DNA from: Candidatus Wildermuthbacteria bacterium
GTDB lineage: Bacteria; Patescibacteriota; Minisyncoccia; Minisyncoccales; UBA10102
DNA length: 64,000 nt
Direction of reading: 5' to 3'
NCBI GenBank assembly: GCA_016186115.1
Contig: JACPMK010000003.1
Span: forward strand, 90,470-154,469
Part shown: positions 33,668-44,198 of the stretch, one piece after another
Layout: every line of letters begins with the position of its first letter
Position numbering within the stretch: position 1 is the stretch's first letter
Notes under the pieces: model-generated
What the model was told of the DNA's origin: nothing
Database searches by the model: none
What the model saw: the letters and a program-made list of their open reading frames with translations, nothing else
Program-made: the position numbers and the translations under genes

Positions 33668-34941
33668 TGGACGAAGAAAAAGATCTAAAAATTTTACCAA
33701 AGCCAGCCCTCAAGAGTAGAAGAATCGGCAAACGCACATTCAGGCACAAGAACTTGCTGTGGATTCTTCTTTTTGTTGTGTTGCTTTCTGCTGCAGCAGG
33801 TTTTGGCGGAGGTCTTGCCGGAGGATTTGTATACGAGAAATGGAAGAGCAATGCCGTCTTTGCCCTGCCCTTCAAAGAACCAGATAAGGTGATTGAGCGA
33901 ACGGTGGTGGAAAAAGAGTATGTTCCTCAGACCAGCGAAGAACAGAAGATTATTGATGTTGCAAAAAAGACGGCTTCTTCAGTAGTGAGCATTGTTATCA
34001 AGAAAAATACGGCGTCTGGCGCAGAAGCAGGATCAACATTAAATAAAAACGGCAAGCCCATCGAAGAAGAGGAACTTGGCGAGGGATCCGGTTTTGTCAT
34101 CTCCAAAGAAGGAATGGTATTGACGAATAAGCACGTGGTAAGAGAAGAGAATGCTACGTACACTATTTCAACAAGTGAAGGGAAATCATATCCCGCAATT
34201 GTCTTAGCCAGAGATCCCCTCCAGGATCTTGCAGTGTTAAAAATTGATCAGCAGGGCAAGCAAATGATTTTCACCCCTCTTCTTTTAGGGGATTCAGAGG
34301 TTTTGGAGATCGGGCAAACGGTAGTAGCAGTTGGGAATTCCTTGGGGGAGTTTAACAATACCGTTTCTGTGGGAGTAATTTCGGGATTGGGGCGAACCAT
34401 TACTGCTTCGGGCGGCAGTTTCGTTGAGACCATTGAAGATGTCATTCAGACCGATGCAGCAATCAACAAGGGAAATTCGGGAGGGCCGTTGCTGAACCTT
34501 GCAGGAGAAGTGATCGGGGTGAATACCGCAATGGTGGTGGGAGCGCAAAGTATGGGATTTGCCATTCCCGTGAATGAGGCAAAACGAGGCATCGAACAAG
34601 TGAAGGTTGAGGGGAGAATCAGCTATGCCTTGCTTGGAGTGCGGTATAGCATGATAACGAGAAAATTGCAGCAAGAGAAAGATTTGACCGTTGATTATGG
34701 GGCTTTGGTGATGCGGGGAGGGCAGGGAGAGCCGGCTGTTGCCCCTGATTCTGCTGCGGCAAAGGCAGGGATAAGAGAGGGGGATGTTCTTATCGAGATT
34801 AATGGGGAACGCCTCACGCAGGAGTATACCTTGGCAAAGGCAATAAAAAAGAGAAAACCGGGTGACAAAATCGTCATCAAGGTATGGAGGGATAATCAGG
34901 AGAAGATTTTCACTGCGGTTTTGGGAGAAGTGAGCGGCTAG
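33667..34941 (+). CDS. htrA: HtrA/DegP-family serine protease with PDZ domain
   Basis: 424 aa with an N-terminal transmembrane segment, catalytic triad contexts TNKHVV, DLAVLKI and GNSGGPLLN, and a C-terminal PDZ domain. Confidence 0.9.
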   Translation: MDEEKDLKILPKPALKSRRIGKRTFRHKNLLWILLFVVLLSAAAGFGGGLAGGFVYEKWKSNAVFALPFKEPDKVIERTVVEKEYVPQTSEEQKIIDVAKKTASSVVSIVIKKNTASGAEAGSTLNKNGKPIEEEELGEGSGFVISKEGMVLTNKHVVREENATYTISTSEGKSYPAIVLARDPLQDLAVLKIDQQGKQMIFTPLLLGDSEVLEIGQTVVAVGNSLGEFNNTVSVGVISGLGRTITASGGSFVETIEDVIQTDAAINKGNSGGPLLNLAGEVIGVNTAMVVGAQSMGFAIPVNEAKRGIEQVKVEGRISYALLGVRYSMITRKLQQEKDLTVDYGALVMRGGQGEPAVAPDSAAAKAGIREGDVLIEINGERLTQEYTLAKAIKKRKPGDKIVIKVWRDNQEKIFTAVLGEVSG

Positions 34942-35003
34942 AACAGAGTACTTTCCAAGCTCCGCATTTGCTAAAAAGCAAATTTTATGTTAAAGTTTAC
35001 TAT

Positions 35004-37706
35004 ATGAACGGAAACAGCAATTTTACTCAAAAAGCACAAGAAGCGCTTTTTCAGGCGCAAAATTTGGCCCAAGAAAGGGGGCAGCAGCAGGTGGATGCTC
35101 TTCATTTGCTTGCCGCTCTTATTGCGCAAGAAGATAGCGTCATTTTGACGTTACTGCAAAAAATGGGGGCTGACATCGAAAACTTAAAGCGCAGAATTTC
35201 TATTGAGCTGGATCGTTTGCCTATCATTGCCGCAGTAAACCCGTTTGGCCAGTTTTATCTTACACAGGATCTGGCCAAGATTTTAGAGCGTGCAAAGCAG
35301 GAGGCAGTAAAAATGGGAGACGAGTATATTTCGGTGGAGCATCTTTTTCTTGCTTTTCTCGATACTCCTTCAAAAGCCAAAGAAGTTCTCGAGCGAACGA
35401 ATTTTGTTCGCGGAGTTGATACTGCTCAATCCCTTGAATATGGAAAGATTGATTATGAGACCGCTCTCAAGGCATTAGCGCAAATTCGGGGAGGAGTCCG
35501 GATTACTGATCCCAATCCCGAATCGAAATATCAGGTTATTGAAAGATACGCAAGAAATCTTACGCGTCTTGCTAAACAAGGCAAGCTCGATCCAGTAATT
35601 GGGAGAGAAAATGAAATTCGAAGGTTGATGCAGGTGCTCTCGCGTAGGACCAAGAACAATCCAGTGCTGATTGGAGAAGCAGGCGTAGGAAAGACCGCCG
35701 TGGTAGAGGGATTAGCTCAGAAAATCGTGAAAGGAGAGGTGCCCGAGAGTTTGCGCGATAAAGAAATCATTGCGCTTGATCTGGGAGCTATTATCGCTGG
35801 TACGAAATACCGAGGCGAATTCGAGGACCGCATCAAGACCCTTTTAAAAGAGCTGGAACGGAGCGGAGGGAAATATCTCCTTTTTATCGATGAATTGCAT
35901 ACTTTGGTTGGGGCCGGAGCTGCAGAAGGAGCAATTGATGCCTCTAATCTTCTGAAGCCGGCTTTGGCTCGCGGTGAACTCCGGGCAATCGGAGCTACCA
36001 CTCTTAAAGAGTATCAGCGGTACATTGAAAGGGATCCTGCGCTTGAACGCAGATTCCAGCCGATTTATGTTGCTGAACCCTCTATCGAGGATACTATCCT
36101 TATTTTGCGCGGCATCAAGGAGAAATACGAATTGCATCATGGGGTTAAGATTAAAGATGTTGCTTTGATTGCCGCGGCGAATCTTGCCGCGCGTTACATT
36201 ACGGATCGGTTTCTTCCCGATAAAGCAGTCGATCTTTTGGATGAGGCCATGAGTTCTTTACGGTTGGATATGGAATCAGATCCGGTAGAACTGGATTCGC
36301 TGCGAAGAGAAATCCAAAAGCTTGAAATTGAAAAAGAGGCATTGAAGAATGAACCCGAAGAAGAGCAACGCATCAGGGTAATCGAAAGAGCGCTTGCGGA
36401 TTTGCGGGAGCGTTCCAAGGCGATTGAAGCAAAGTGGGTTACTGAAAAAGAATCGATTGGGAAAATCAAAGAGCTCAAACAGGAAATCGAACGACTACGC
36501 TTTGCTCTTGAACGCGAGCAGGCCGACGGAAATCTTCAGAAGGTAGCCGAGATCAAATACGGCACAATGCCCGATCTCTTAAAGAAGCTTCGGAACGAAG
36601 AGAAAAAGCTTGCCAGAATTCAAAAAGATCACGCTCTTTTGCAGGAAGAGGTGAGCGAAGAGGATGTGGCGAAGGTAGTTGCCAAATGGACTGGTATTCC
36701 CGCGATGCGTCTGATGGAGCAGGAGGCACAAAAACTGGAACGCATGGAAGAAGTATTGTCGAGAAGGGTTATCGGGCAGGAAGAGGCAATTCAGGCAATT
36801 TCAAATGCGATCCGAAGAAATCGCGCCGGACTTTCCGAAGAGAACCGGCCGTTGGGATCATTTCTTTTCCTTGGCCCTACCGGAGTAGGAAAAACAGAAA
36901 CAGCCAAAACCCTTGCTGAATTTCTTTTCAACGATGCAAATGCTCTGATTCGTATTGATATGTCAGAGTATATGGAGCGGCACGCCACGGCCAAGATGAT
37001 TGGTTCTCCTCCGGGATATGTGGGTTATGAAGAGGGTGGCCAGCTTACCGAAAAAATACGCAGGAGACCGTATAGCGTGGTGCTGTTCGATGAAATCGAA
37101 AAGGCGCATCCCGAGGTATTTAATATGTTGCTGCAGATTCTGGAAGATGGCCGGCTTACAGATGCCAAGGGAAGAATTGCTTCGTTTAAGAATGGGATTA
37201 TCATTATGACTTCGAACATTGGTTCGCAATACATTGCGGAGTTAAATCCCATCGGATTTTTGAGCGGCTCGGAGGTAGGCAAGAAAGAAATGGTGAAAGA
37301 AAAGGTGATGGATGCCTTGCGAGAGCAATTTCGCCCGGAATTTTTGAATCGTATTGATGAAATTGTGCTTTTCAACTACCTTGGAAAACCCGAGGTTCGA
37401 AAGATTGTCGAACTGGAGCTTTCGAAAATCGCAAAACGTCTTCAGGAGCGACGTATGGAATTGCAGGTTTCAGATAAGGCCAAGGCCCTTCTTGCGGAAA
37501 AGGGATTTGATCCCCAGTATGGAGCAAGGCCTTTGCGAAGAATAGTCCAACGATTAGTGCTGGATCCGCTTTCCTTTAAGATCGTATCAGGAGAAATTTC
37601 TTTGGGTTCAAAAGCTCTTGTGGATGAGAAGGATGGGAAAGTGCTCTTTCACGTCATGCACAGCGTAAAGGAGAATAAAAAGAAACTCGCCAAGACAGAA
37701 GCATAA
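35004..37706 (+). CDS. clpB: ATP-dependent chaperone ClpB
   Basis: The track ORF starts upstream at 34968 and the likely ATG is at 35004 ([15 protein letters not shown]). It has two AAA+ modules ([16 protein letters not shown]) and a long middle coiled coil. Confidence 0.95.
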   Translation: MNGNSNFTQKAQEALFQAQNLAQERGQQQVDALHLLAALIAQEDSVILTLLQKMGADIENLKRRISIELDRLPIIAAVNPFGQFYLTQDLAKILERAKQEAVKMGDEYISVEHLFLAFLDTPSKAKEVLERTNFVRGVDTAQSLEYGKIDYETALKALAQIRGGVRITDPNPESKYQVIERYARNLTRLAKQGKLDPVIGRENEIRRLMQVLSRRTKNNPVLIGEAGVGKTAVVEGLAQKIVKGEVPESLRDKEIIALDLGAIIAGTKYRGEFEDRIKTLLKELERSGGKYLLFIDELHTLVGAGAAEGAIDASNLLKPALARGELRAIGATTLKEYQRYIERDPALERRFQPIYVAEPSIEDTILILRGIKEKYELHHGVKIKDVALIAAANLAARYITDRFLPDKAVDLLDEAMSSLRLDMESDPVELDSLRREIQKLEIEKEALKNEPEEEQRIRVIERALADLRERSKAIEAKWVTEKESIGKIKELKQEIERLRFALEREQADGNLQKVAEIKYGTMPDLLKKLRNEEKKLARIQKDHALLQEEVSEEDVAKVVAKWTGIPAMRLMEQEAQKLERMEEVLSRRVIGQEEAIQAISNAIRRNRAGLSEENRPLGSFLFLGPTGVGKTETAKTLAEFLFNDANALIRIDMSEYMERHATAKMIGSPPGYVGYEEGGQLTEKIRRRPYSVVLFDEIEKAHPEVFNMLLQILEDGRLTDAKGRIASFKNGIIIMTSNIGSQYIAELNPIGFLSGSEVGKKEMVKEKVMDALREQFRPEFLNRIDEIVLFNYLGKPEVRKIVELELSKIAKRLQERRMELQVSDKAKALLAEKGFDPQYGARPLRRIVQRLVLDPLSFKIVSGEISLGSKALVDEKDGKVLFHVMHSVKENKKKLAKTEA

Positions 37707-38446
37707 TGAACTTCCTTCGCATTATTCTTTTTTTGTTTTTCAGTTTTTGCTTTGGTTTGCTTGGCGGGATATGGGCCCAGGCATCTCTCCTGCCCTACAT
37801 GGCTGTTCATCAGCCCTTTCAGGATTGGGGATTGATACGTTCTTGGAATGAGAAAACGATTGTGGTGAGAGAGGTGCAGAGAGAAGTCATTGATGGACGA
37901 GAGGGATTGGAGCGCGCAGTCGCGGATGTTCAAAAAGGAATAGTGGCAATCCAAAGTTCTAAAGGGACACGCGCTATTCAGGGATCCGGATTTATCTATG
38001 CGTCAGAAGGGCTCATACTGACATTAGCAAGCATCGTTCCCCAAGGGTATGCGCCCGTTGTGTATCGCGAGAATAGAGAGTTTAGCGCAAGCGAAGTGCA
38101 AGTGCTCAAGCGCGATGCGACAAGCAATCTCGCGCTGTTGAAAATCAATCAAACCGATTTGCCGACATTTCGTTTGGCAGAAAAAGAAGACGTGAAACTT
38201 GGAATGTCTGTATTTCTTCTTGGAGCAAAAATCCAAAGCGGACAGGTTCAATATCGAGTAGACGAAGGAATTATTCAACAGATCACCCCAGATACATTTA
38301 TTCCTACGATTACTGCCCCCATTCTTGCCGGAAGCGCTCTTTTTGATGTACAGGGAAGAATTCTTGGGCTCACAGAAACCACTTCACAGGGGAATTTTCA
38401 TATCATTCCCGTGGATCGACTTCGTGAGTTTTTGCAGCCAAGGTAA
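37706..38446 (+). CDS. Membrane-anchored trypsin-fold (HtrA-like) protein with all three catalytic positions substituted
   Basis: 246 aa. Aligned by eye to the neighbouring HtrA, TNKHVV becomes TLASIV, DLAVLKI becomes NLALLKI, and GNSGGPLLN becomes ILAGSALFD. Confidence 0.6.
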   Translation: MNFLRIILFLFFSFCFGLLGGIWAQASLLPYMAVHQPFQDWGLIRSWNEKTIVVREVQREVIDGREGLERAVADVQKGIVAIQSSKGTRAIQGSGFIYASEGLILTLASIVPQGYAPVVYRENREFSASEVQVLKRDATSNLALLKINQTDLPTFRLAEKEDVKLGMSVFLLGAKIQSGQVQYRVDEGIIQQITPDTFIPTITAPILAGSALFDVQGRILGLTETTSQGNFHIIPVDRLREFLQPR

Positions 38447-38493
38447 TTTTGACGCAGCCGGTCTTTTTTCCTATAGTGAGGGAATGCTTATCT

Positions 38494-39054
38494 ATGGATA
38501 AGGATTTTCTTATTAAGGTTACTTTGGCTGTTTATAAGGTTTGCCATGCGCTACCCGATGAGGAGCCATTGAAAATTTCTGTACAAACCACAGCAAATGA
38601 CATTTTGTGCGCTCTTGTTTTGCTTTTGCATAGGGAGTATGTAAGGGGTCCGATTGAGCATTTGATTTCCCATTCGTTGCAACAGCTTGGGCTCCTTTCT
38701 CATTACTTTTCCCAGATCCAAACAAGAAATTGGATTGACAGGAAGAATTTCTTGATCCTTCAGTATGAATATGCTAAAATCAGAACGTTTGTTGAACAAT
38801 TGGCAGAAGTTTCGCAGCAAAAGAACGAAGTCAAATCGCAAAGAAAGGAAGACATCACCCTCCCTTTGAGGCAAAGGAAAATTCTTGAGATATTGCGCAA
38901 TAAAGAAAAAATTCAGGTACAGGAAATTCAAAAAATCATGCCAGAGGTTACCAAGCGAACTCTCCGTCGTGATCTGGACGCACTGCTACATTTAGATCTC
39001 ATTGAACGGCTTGGCGAATGGAATGCTGTTTCCTATAAGTTGAAGGTAAAATAG
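38494..39054 (+). CDS. DNA-binding protein with C-terminal DeoR-type winged HTH
   Basis: The track ORF starts at a TTG (38449) and the likely ATG is at 38494. The C-terminus reads RQRKILEILRNKEKIQVQEIQKIMPEVTKRTLRRDLDALLHLDLIER. Confidence 0.65.
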   Translation: MDKDFLIKVTLAVYKVCHALPDEEPLKISVQTTANDILCALVLLLHREYVRGPIEHLISHSLQQLGLLSHYFSQIQTRNWIDRKNFLILQYEYAKIRTFVEQLAEVSQQKNEVKSQRKEDITLPLRQRKILEILRNKEKIQVQEIQKIMPEVTKRTLRRDLDALLHLDLIERLGEWNAVSYKLKVK

Positions 39055-39082
39055 GGGTGTGGATAACTTGTGTAGAAAACTA

Positions 39083-39156
39083 GGACAACTGGGACATTGA
39101 TGGGACACTACTTTTTCGTGGCATATGTCCTATTGCTTCTATTAAGCTTGTCCTAT
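39083..39156 (+). promoter_or_regulatory. Cluster of GGGACA / TGTCCTAT motifs upstream of the sigma-factor gene
   Basis: Direct copies are GGACA at 39083, GGGACA at 39091 and GGGACA at 39102. Inverted copies of TGTCCTAT lie at 39126 and 39149. Confidence 0.4.
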
Positions 39157-39175
39157 CTTAGTGAGTAATCTTCTC

Positions 39176-39676
39176 ATGCCCAATTTCAAAGAAAGTTTTG
39201 AAGAACTTTACGATCGCTATCTCGAACGTATATTCCGATTTGTTTTTGTTAAAGTAAACAGCCGTGAGCTAGCCGAAGATCTCTGTTCAGAGATTTTTTC
39301 CCGTTTCTGGAAAAAATATCAGGAGATCGACATCGAAAACCCGCAGGCCTTTCTCTACCAGATTGCAAGAAATGTTGTCGCTGATTACTACCGCAGCAGG
39401 AAACCCCAGACAGTCAACCTCGAAGAGGTAATGAATGTTGTTGATATAAACTCTTCGAAGACAGAGGAAGAAATGCATAGAAGTTTAGAAATGGAGAAGG
39501 TATACAAGGCAATCAGGTTGCTTAATGAAGATTATCAAAACTTTATTATCTGGTATTACCTTGAAGAACTTTCCGTGCCAGAAATTGTGCAGATTGTTTC
39601 AAAAACAGAGAATAGCGTTCGAGTTGCTATCCATCGGTCTCTCCATGCCCTAAAGCAACAGTTAGAAAGGGTGTAA
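39176..39676 (+). CDS. RNA polymerase sigma-70 family factor, ECF-type (regions 2 and 4 only)
   Basis: The track ORF starts at a GTG (39161) and an ATG lies at 39176. Characteristic segments are YDRYLERIFRFVFVKV, FLYQIARNVVADYYR and YYLEELSVPEIVQIVSKTENSVRVAIHRSL. Confidence 0.85.
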   Translation: MPNFKESFEELYDRYLERIFRFVFVKVNSRELAEDLCSEIFSRFWKKYQEIDIENPQAFLYQIARNVVADYYRSRKPQTVNLEEVMNVVDINSSKTEEEMHRSLEMEKVYKAIRLLNEDYQNFIIWYYLEELSVPEIVQIVSKTENSVRVAIHRSLHALKQQLERV

Positions 39677-39709
39677 CAAAGCAGGCCAATTTGCCGACAT
39701 AAGTAGTGT

Positions 39710-40492
39710 ATGGAAGAGAAAGAACTGTTGCATACCATTTCTCTCCTTAAGACCAAAATTAAACCCAAAGAAGATTGGGCTTTTTTGCTTAAGAAACAGA
39801 TCCTGCGAGAAGAGCAAGCTAATACACTGGTGGGGATAGGACATAGAACAGAGGGAGGATTTTTTGTAAGGGTTGTGTCCATGGCTAGGACATTTAGGAT
39901 GTTACAGAATCCCGTGTTGGTAACTCCTGTCATTTTATTGCTGATGGTGGGAGGAGTTGGATACGCTGCGAGCAAAAGTTTGCCGGGCGATACACTCTAT
40001 TCGGTTCGGTCTTTTGTTGAGCGCAGTCGGCTTTCAGTAGTTCCAGAGGATCAGAAAACCATTTTGCATGTTGAGCTCGCTCAAAAGCGGCTGGAGGATC
40101 TTAAAAAGATTACCGAAGAAAACAAGGTAAAAAATCTTCACGCCACGATTCAGCAGCTGGAAGGCAATATTGCAAAGGCGTCACAGGAATTTACCGTACT
40201 TGTGGAAAAAGAGCCAAAAAAAGCTTTACAGGCCAGCAAGGGAATCGTAGAATTACAAAAAGAGAAAAATAAGGTGGAAAAAGTGCTCGGCACTACACTT
40301 GGAGGCAAAGAAGCCGAGGAATTGGAAATTGCGACCAAGACATTGGTGGAAAGGGAAGTAGCAGATTTGGAGACCCGATCGCTCACGCCAGAACAAGAGG
40401 CAATATTGAGCGAAATAAAAAAGGATGTTGAACAAAAAGAATATCAGAATGCGCTAGAGCAACTTTGGAAGATTTCAGGTACTGCTGAGTAA
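39710..40492 (+). CDS. Single-pass membrane coiled-coil protein, anti-sigma-like (DUF5667-like)
   Basis: 260 aa lying immediately after the sigma gene. It has a transmembrane segment, VLVTPVILLLMVGGVGYAA, followed by a helical Lys/Glu-rich ectodomain. The family name is from memory. Confidence 0.55.
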   Translation: MEEKELLHTISLLKTKIKPKEDWAFLLKKQILREEQANTLVGIGHRTEGGFFVRVVSMARTFRMLQNPVLVTPVILLLMVGGVGYAASKSLPGDTLYSVRSFVERSRLSVVPEDQKTILHVELAQKRLEDLKKITEENKVKNLHATIQQLEGNIAKASQEFTVLVEKEPKKALQASKGIVELQKEKNKVEKVLGTTLGGKEAEELEIATKTLVEREVADLETRSLTPEQEAILSEIKKDVEQKEYQNALEQLWKISGTAE

Positions 40493-40608
40493 TACTATTT
40501 GACGGTTACCCCGCCTGTTTATTTTGTCGATAACGGGAGGGTTTTAAACCAAAAAGTCGAAAATCATTACAAAAGGTCATAACATAGTAATTCATTATTA
40601 ATTCTTAC

Positions 40609-43600
40609 ATGAGTAAATTCGCAAAGAAATTCTTTACGACTGCAATTATTTCCGTTGTGGCGGTAAGCGTTGCCGTTCCTGCTGGAGTAGCGAACGGAGC
40701 AACGGTAGATGAGCTTCAGGCGCAGATTAATGCGCTTTTAGCGCAGATCGCTCAATTGCAGACGCAGTTGTCAGGACAGACGACTGGCGGCACAACCGGT
40801 ACTCTTTCCGGAATTCCTGCCGGTTTCACCTTTACGACAAATCTTTCGCAGGGTGCCAGCGGAAATGACGCGAAATATCTCCAGATTGTGCTGAACTCTG
40901 ATTCTGCTACAATGGTCGCGAGTTCAGGAGCTGGTTCTTCGGGAAATGAAACTACATTCTTTGGTCCTAAAACCAAGACTGCAGTTGTAAAGTTCCAGGA
41001 GAAATATGCTTCTGAAGTTTTGGCTCCATGGGGAATGACACAGGGGAGCGGTTTTGTTGGATCTACCACCAGAGCAAAGTTGAATGCTTTGATTTCTGGC
41101 GGAGTGAGTCCATCACCTAGCCCGTCTGCTTCGCCATCTCCTTCAGCTTCTCCGACACCAACACCAACACCCGGAACAGGAAATACCCTTCAGGTATCTC
41201 TTGCTTCTGACACACCCGCAGCAGCAACAGTTGTAGCGGGTGGAAATGCCAACTTCACCAAATTCTGGCTAACAGCCGGAAGTTCAGAAGTTGCGATCTC
41301 CAGCTTGTATGTTACGAGATCTGGATTGACAGCAAATTCTGATCTCGAGAACGTCAAAATTCTCGATGAGAATGGAGTAAAGGTAGGATCGCTTGGCACG
41401 TTGAATACCAACAGTAAAGCGCAGATTACCTTCTCTCCGTCATTGAAGATTGCTGCGAATACCAGCAAAGCGTTCTATATCAGAGCAGGAGCAATCAGTG
41501 GCATTACTGCTGGGAAAACCGCAGTATTGGGCATTGATGCTGCCGCAGATGTCAATGCAGGAGGCGCTACGGTAAGTGGTTCTTTCCCAGTAAAGGGGAA
41601 CACCATGACCGCAGTATCTCTTACGATTGGTTCTGTTGAGGTTATGGAAGACGGCGCATTGACTGATTCCCAGCCCAATGTTGGGGATAAGGATGTTGTC
41701 GTGAACGCCTTCAAAGTGGTGGTGGGATCAACAGAAGGAGTAACTATTGAGCAGATTACCGTAGAGGAATCGGGTACTGCTTCGTTGACTGACACCCAGA
41801 ATATCGAGCTGTATGATGTGACCAAGGGAGTGTCATTGGGAACAACCCAGTGGACTGCTGACGGCAAAGCATCATGGGGCGGCTTGAATCTTTCTCTTAC
41901 TAAAGGAGAAACACGCCGCTTGAGAGTGCAACTCGATGTTATTGATGGCCCCAGCTTGACTGTGAATGCTGATCTTATGGATGGAAGCGATGTATTGATG
42001 TCTGTCAAGGGTAATACCTATGGCTTCTACATCACTCCTGATGGAAACGATGCTTCCGACTGGACGAACAGCAATGATGGTTTGGCAAACAGCAACCAGA
42101 CCGTTCAAACAGGAGCAGTAACAGTGTCTAAGTCCTCATCTACCCCTGCAACTGGAAATATTGCCCAAGCGAACAATCAATCGCTTGCCGCATTTGATTT
42201 CTTGGTTCAGGGCGAATCAGTCAAGATTACTTCGCTGAAGTTATCCTTTGACTTGGGAAGCATGGAGGAAACAGAGGTAACCAATGTCAAGATATATGAT
42301 AAGAACGGAACTCTGCTTGCAGGACCCCAGGATTTGAACACAACCAACGTAACTGGCGCAAACAGCACCACCTACGAAGGTTCTGTTACGTTCACTGATA
42401 CGATTATTCTTCCCGTGGGCACAAATACCTTATCCGTGAAAGCGGATATTGCAACCGCTACTTCGGGAGATGACACCATTAGGGTTGGTATTTCTGATGC
42501 CGATGCCACTGACATTACGGTAACCGGAATGACATCGAATAATACGATTGGCTCAACGCCAGCTAACACGGAAGTAAATGCCAACACTCAAACAGTGAAG
42601 GCAGCTGCTTTGGTAGCGCGAACTCTTACTACTCCTGCGGCTACGAACGTAGCAAAGGGAGTAAATGATTACGTATTTGCCATTGTTGCTCTGGATGCAA
42701 ATAACTCCGGCGAGGATGTATTGGTAACGTCATTAACCGTTACTGATACTCCGGCGGGAGGCGCAGACGCGAGCGACATTGACAATACCGAGATTTGGGC
42801 TGACTTGACCGCAGACAAGAGTTCCCGCGGAGATGTGTACGAGACCCTTGTGGGCAATCCTCTGCAGTTCGACGAAACAACCCTTAACACCGCAGATACA
42901 TTGGCTTACACATTGACCAAGACCATTCGCGTTCCGAAGGATAGTTACGTCAATGTGGCGGTAGTCGGAGATGTGGCGACAGGAGCTACTAACGGATCTC
43001 ATACAATGAAAATCAGCGCCGCAACTGGTACCGGAGCTGACACGGGAAATGCCATTACCGAAACGTTTTCTGGCAATGGTCAGGCAATGACCCTATCTAC
43101 CAGCGGTGCCTTAACAGTTGCGTTGGATGCCTCTTCTCCCGCATCAAAGCTGATGGTTGGAAGCGCGAGCAAGGAAACCTTGGCAGCATTCAAGCTTTCA
43201 GCCAATGCAGTGGAGAATCTGGATATCGACTCTGTGCAGTTAAAGGTGACCAATGGTGATATGGTGGCTACGTGGTATCTCTATGATGGTGATACCCTGT
43301 TGAGCTCGAGTTCTTCCGTAACAGCTTCTACGGAAACCGATCTCACGATCAATCTTGTTGACAATACGCTTGTGGTTCCTGCTGGAAGCAGCAAGCGACT
43401 CACCGTGAAAGGTGATTTGCAGCCAGCTACTACAAGCAGCCATGACAACGTGAGTATTCAGGTTGGCGTGGTGGATGCGAGTGACATTGTTTCAACCGGG
43501 AAATCATCCGGTGCTGCCGTAAACTCAACCGGCACAGGAACTGCTTCGGCACATGATCTCTATCGATCGTATCCGAAGTTTAGTGTCAATTCAGCATCGC

Positions 43601-44067
43601 CTGCCACCGGAAGCCATGTTACCTTGGGAGCCAAGCAATTGATCGCGATCTTCGATGTGACTTCTGTTGGCGGAAAAGATATCTCCTTCGAGAACGGTGA
43701 TTCCAACAGCTTTGTCTTGCAGATTACCTTAAACGGTGACGATACGGATACCGCCAATGAAACGATTACCATCGAAGATGGAGCCGGTAACATACTTGAT
43801 ACAGGCACTGTTACCAGCGCTTCGGCAACATCCGAGATTACAGTTGACTTCTCGACTAATAACCTTACAGTGTCTGGCACAGCAGGTGCCCAGATAAAGG
43901 TGTATGCTGATACCTCTGACTTGGAAGATCAGGGAAATACCATTCAGGCGTGGCTTGATCCTACCGCCGGTGATGTGAACTGGGGTATTGATGGATCGGG
44001 CAACTACACTGATGGCGATAAGATCTTCAAGGGAGGCATCTATGGCGGTTCTCTGGTAAAGCCGTAA
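40609..44067 (+). CDS. Giant secreted/cell-surface repeat protein with N-terminal anchor, coiled coil, PG-binding-like domain and Pro/Ser linker
   Basis: 1152 aa. In order it has a signal/anchor FTTAIISVVAVSVAVPAG, a coil LQAQINALLAQIAQLQTQL, a PG_binding_1-like segment GNDAKYLQIVLNSD...FGPKTKTAVVKFQEKY, a linker SPSPSPSASPSPSASPTPTPTPG, and then ~6-7 divergent 130-150-aa beta-rich modules. Confidence 0.85.
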   Translation: MSKFAKKFFTTAIISVVAVSVAVPAGVANGATVDELQAQINALLAQIAQLQTQLSGQTTGGTTGTLSGIPAGFTFTTNLSQGASGNDAKYLQIVLNSDSATMVASSGAGSSGNETTFFGPKTKTAVVKFQEKYASEVLAPWGMTQGSGFVGSTTRAKLNALISGGVSPSPSPSASPSPSASPTPTPTPGTGNTLQVSLASDTPAAATVVAGGNANFTKFWLTAGSSEVAISSLYVTRSGLTANSDLENVKILDENGVKVGSLGTLNTNSKAQITFSPSLKIAANTSKAFYIRAGAISGITAGKTAVLGIDAAADVNAGGATVSGSFPVKGNTMTAVSLTIGSVEVMEDGALTDSQPNVGDKDVVVNAFKVVVGSTEGVTIEQITVEESGTASLTDTQNIELYDVTKGVSLGTTQWTADGKASWGGLNLSLTKGETRRLRVQLDVIDGPSLTVNADLMDGSDVLMSVKGNTYGFYITPDGNDASDWTNSNDGLANSNQTVQTGAVTVSKSSSTPATGNIAQANNQSLAAFDFLVQGESVKITSLKLSFDLGSMEETEVTNVKIYDKNGTLLAGPQDLNTTNVTGANSTTYEGSVTFTDTIILPVGTNTLSVKADIATATSGDDTIRVGISDADATDITVTGMTSNNTIGSTPANTEVNANTQTVKAAALVARTLTTPAATNVAKGVNDYVFAIVALDANNSGEDVLVTSLTVTDTPAGGADASDIDNTEIWADLTADKSSRGDVYETLVGNPLQFDETTLNTADTLAYTLTKTIRVPKDSYVNVAVVGDVATGATNGSHTMKISAATGTGADTGNAITETFSGNGQAMTLSTSGALTVALDASSPASKLMVGSASKETLAAFKLSANAVENLDIDSVQLKVTNGDMVATWYLYDGDTLLSSSSSVTASTETDLTINLVDNTLVVPAGSSKRLTVKGDLQPATTSSHDNVSIQVGVVDASDIVSTGKSSGAAVNSTGTGTASAHDLYRSYPKFSVNSASPATGSHVTLGAKQLIAIFDVTSVGGKDISFENGDSNSFVLQITLNGDDTDTANETITIEDGAGNILDTGTVTSASATSEITVDFSTNNLTVSGTAGAQIKVYADTSDLEDQGNTIQAWLDPTAGDVNWGIDGSGNYTDGDKIFKGGIYGGSLVKP

Positions 44068-44120
44068 CTTCTGAATTGAACTTCCGCCTCTCTATCCTTG
44101 TGAGAGAGTAGCGGATAAAA

Positions 44121-44165
44121 ACAGAAACCCCCCTCTGCTGATTATGGCGGAGCGGGGTTTTCTGT
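44121..44165 (+). terminator. Imperfect long hairpin after the giant protein gene (candidate terminator)
   Basis: ACAGAAACCCC...GGGGTTTTCTGT with inner CTC/GAG and GC pairs, followed by TTTGG. Confidence 0.45.
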
Positions 44166-44179
44166 TTGGCCGGGGTTTA

Positions 44180-44188
44180 TGGTATACT
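44180..44188 (+). promoter_or_regulatory. Extended -10 box TGgTATACT, 10 nt upstream of the ATG at 44199
   Basis: Read directly from the sequence: tttaTGGTATACTcaagttagatATG. Confidence 0.45.
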
Positions 44189-44198
44189 CAAGTTAGAT

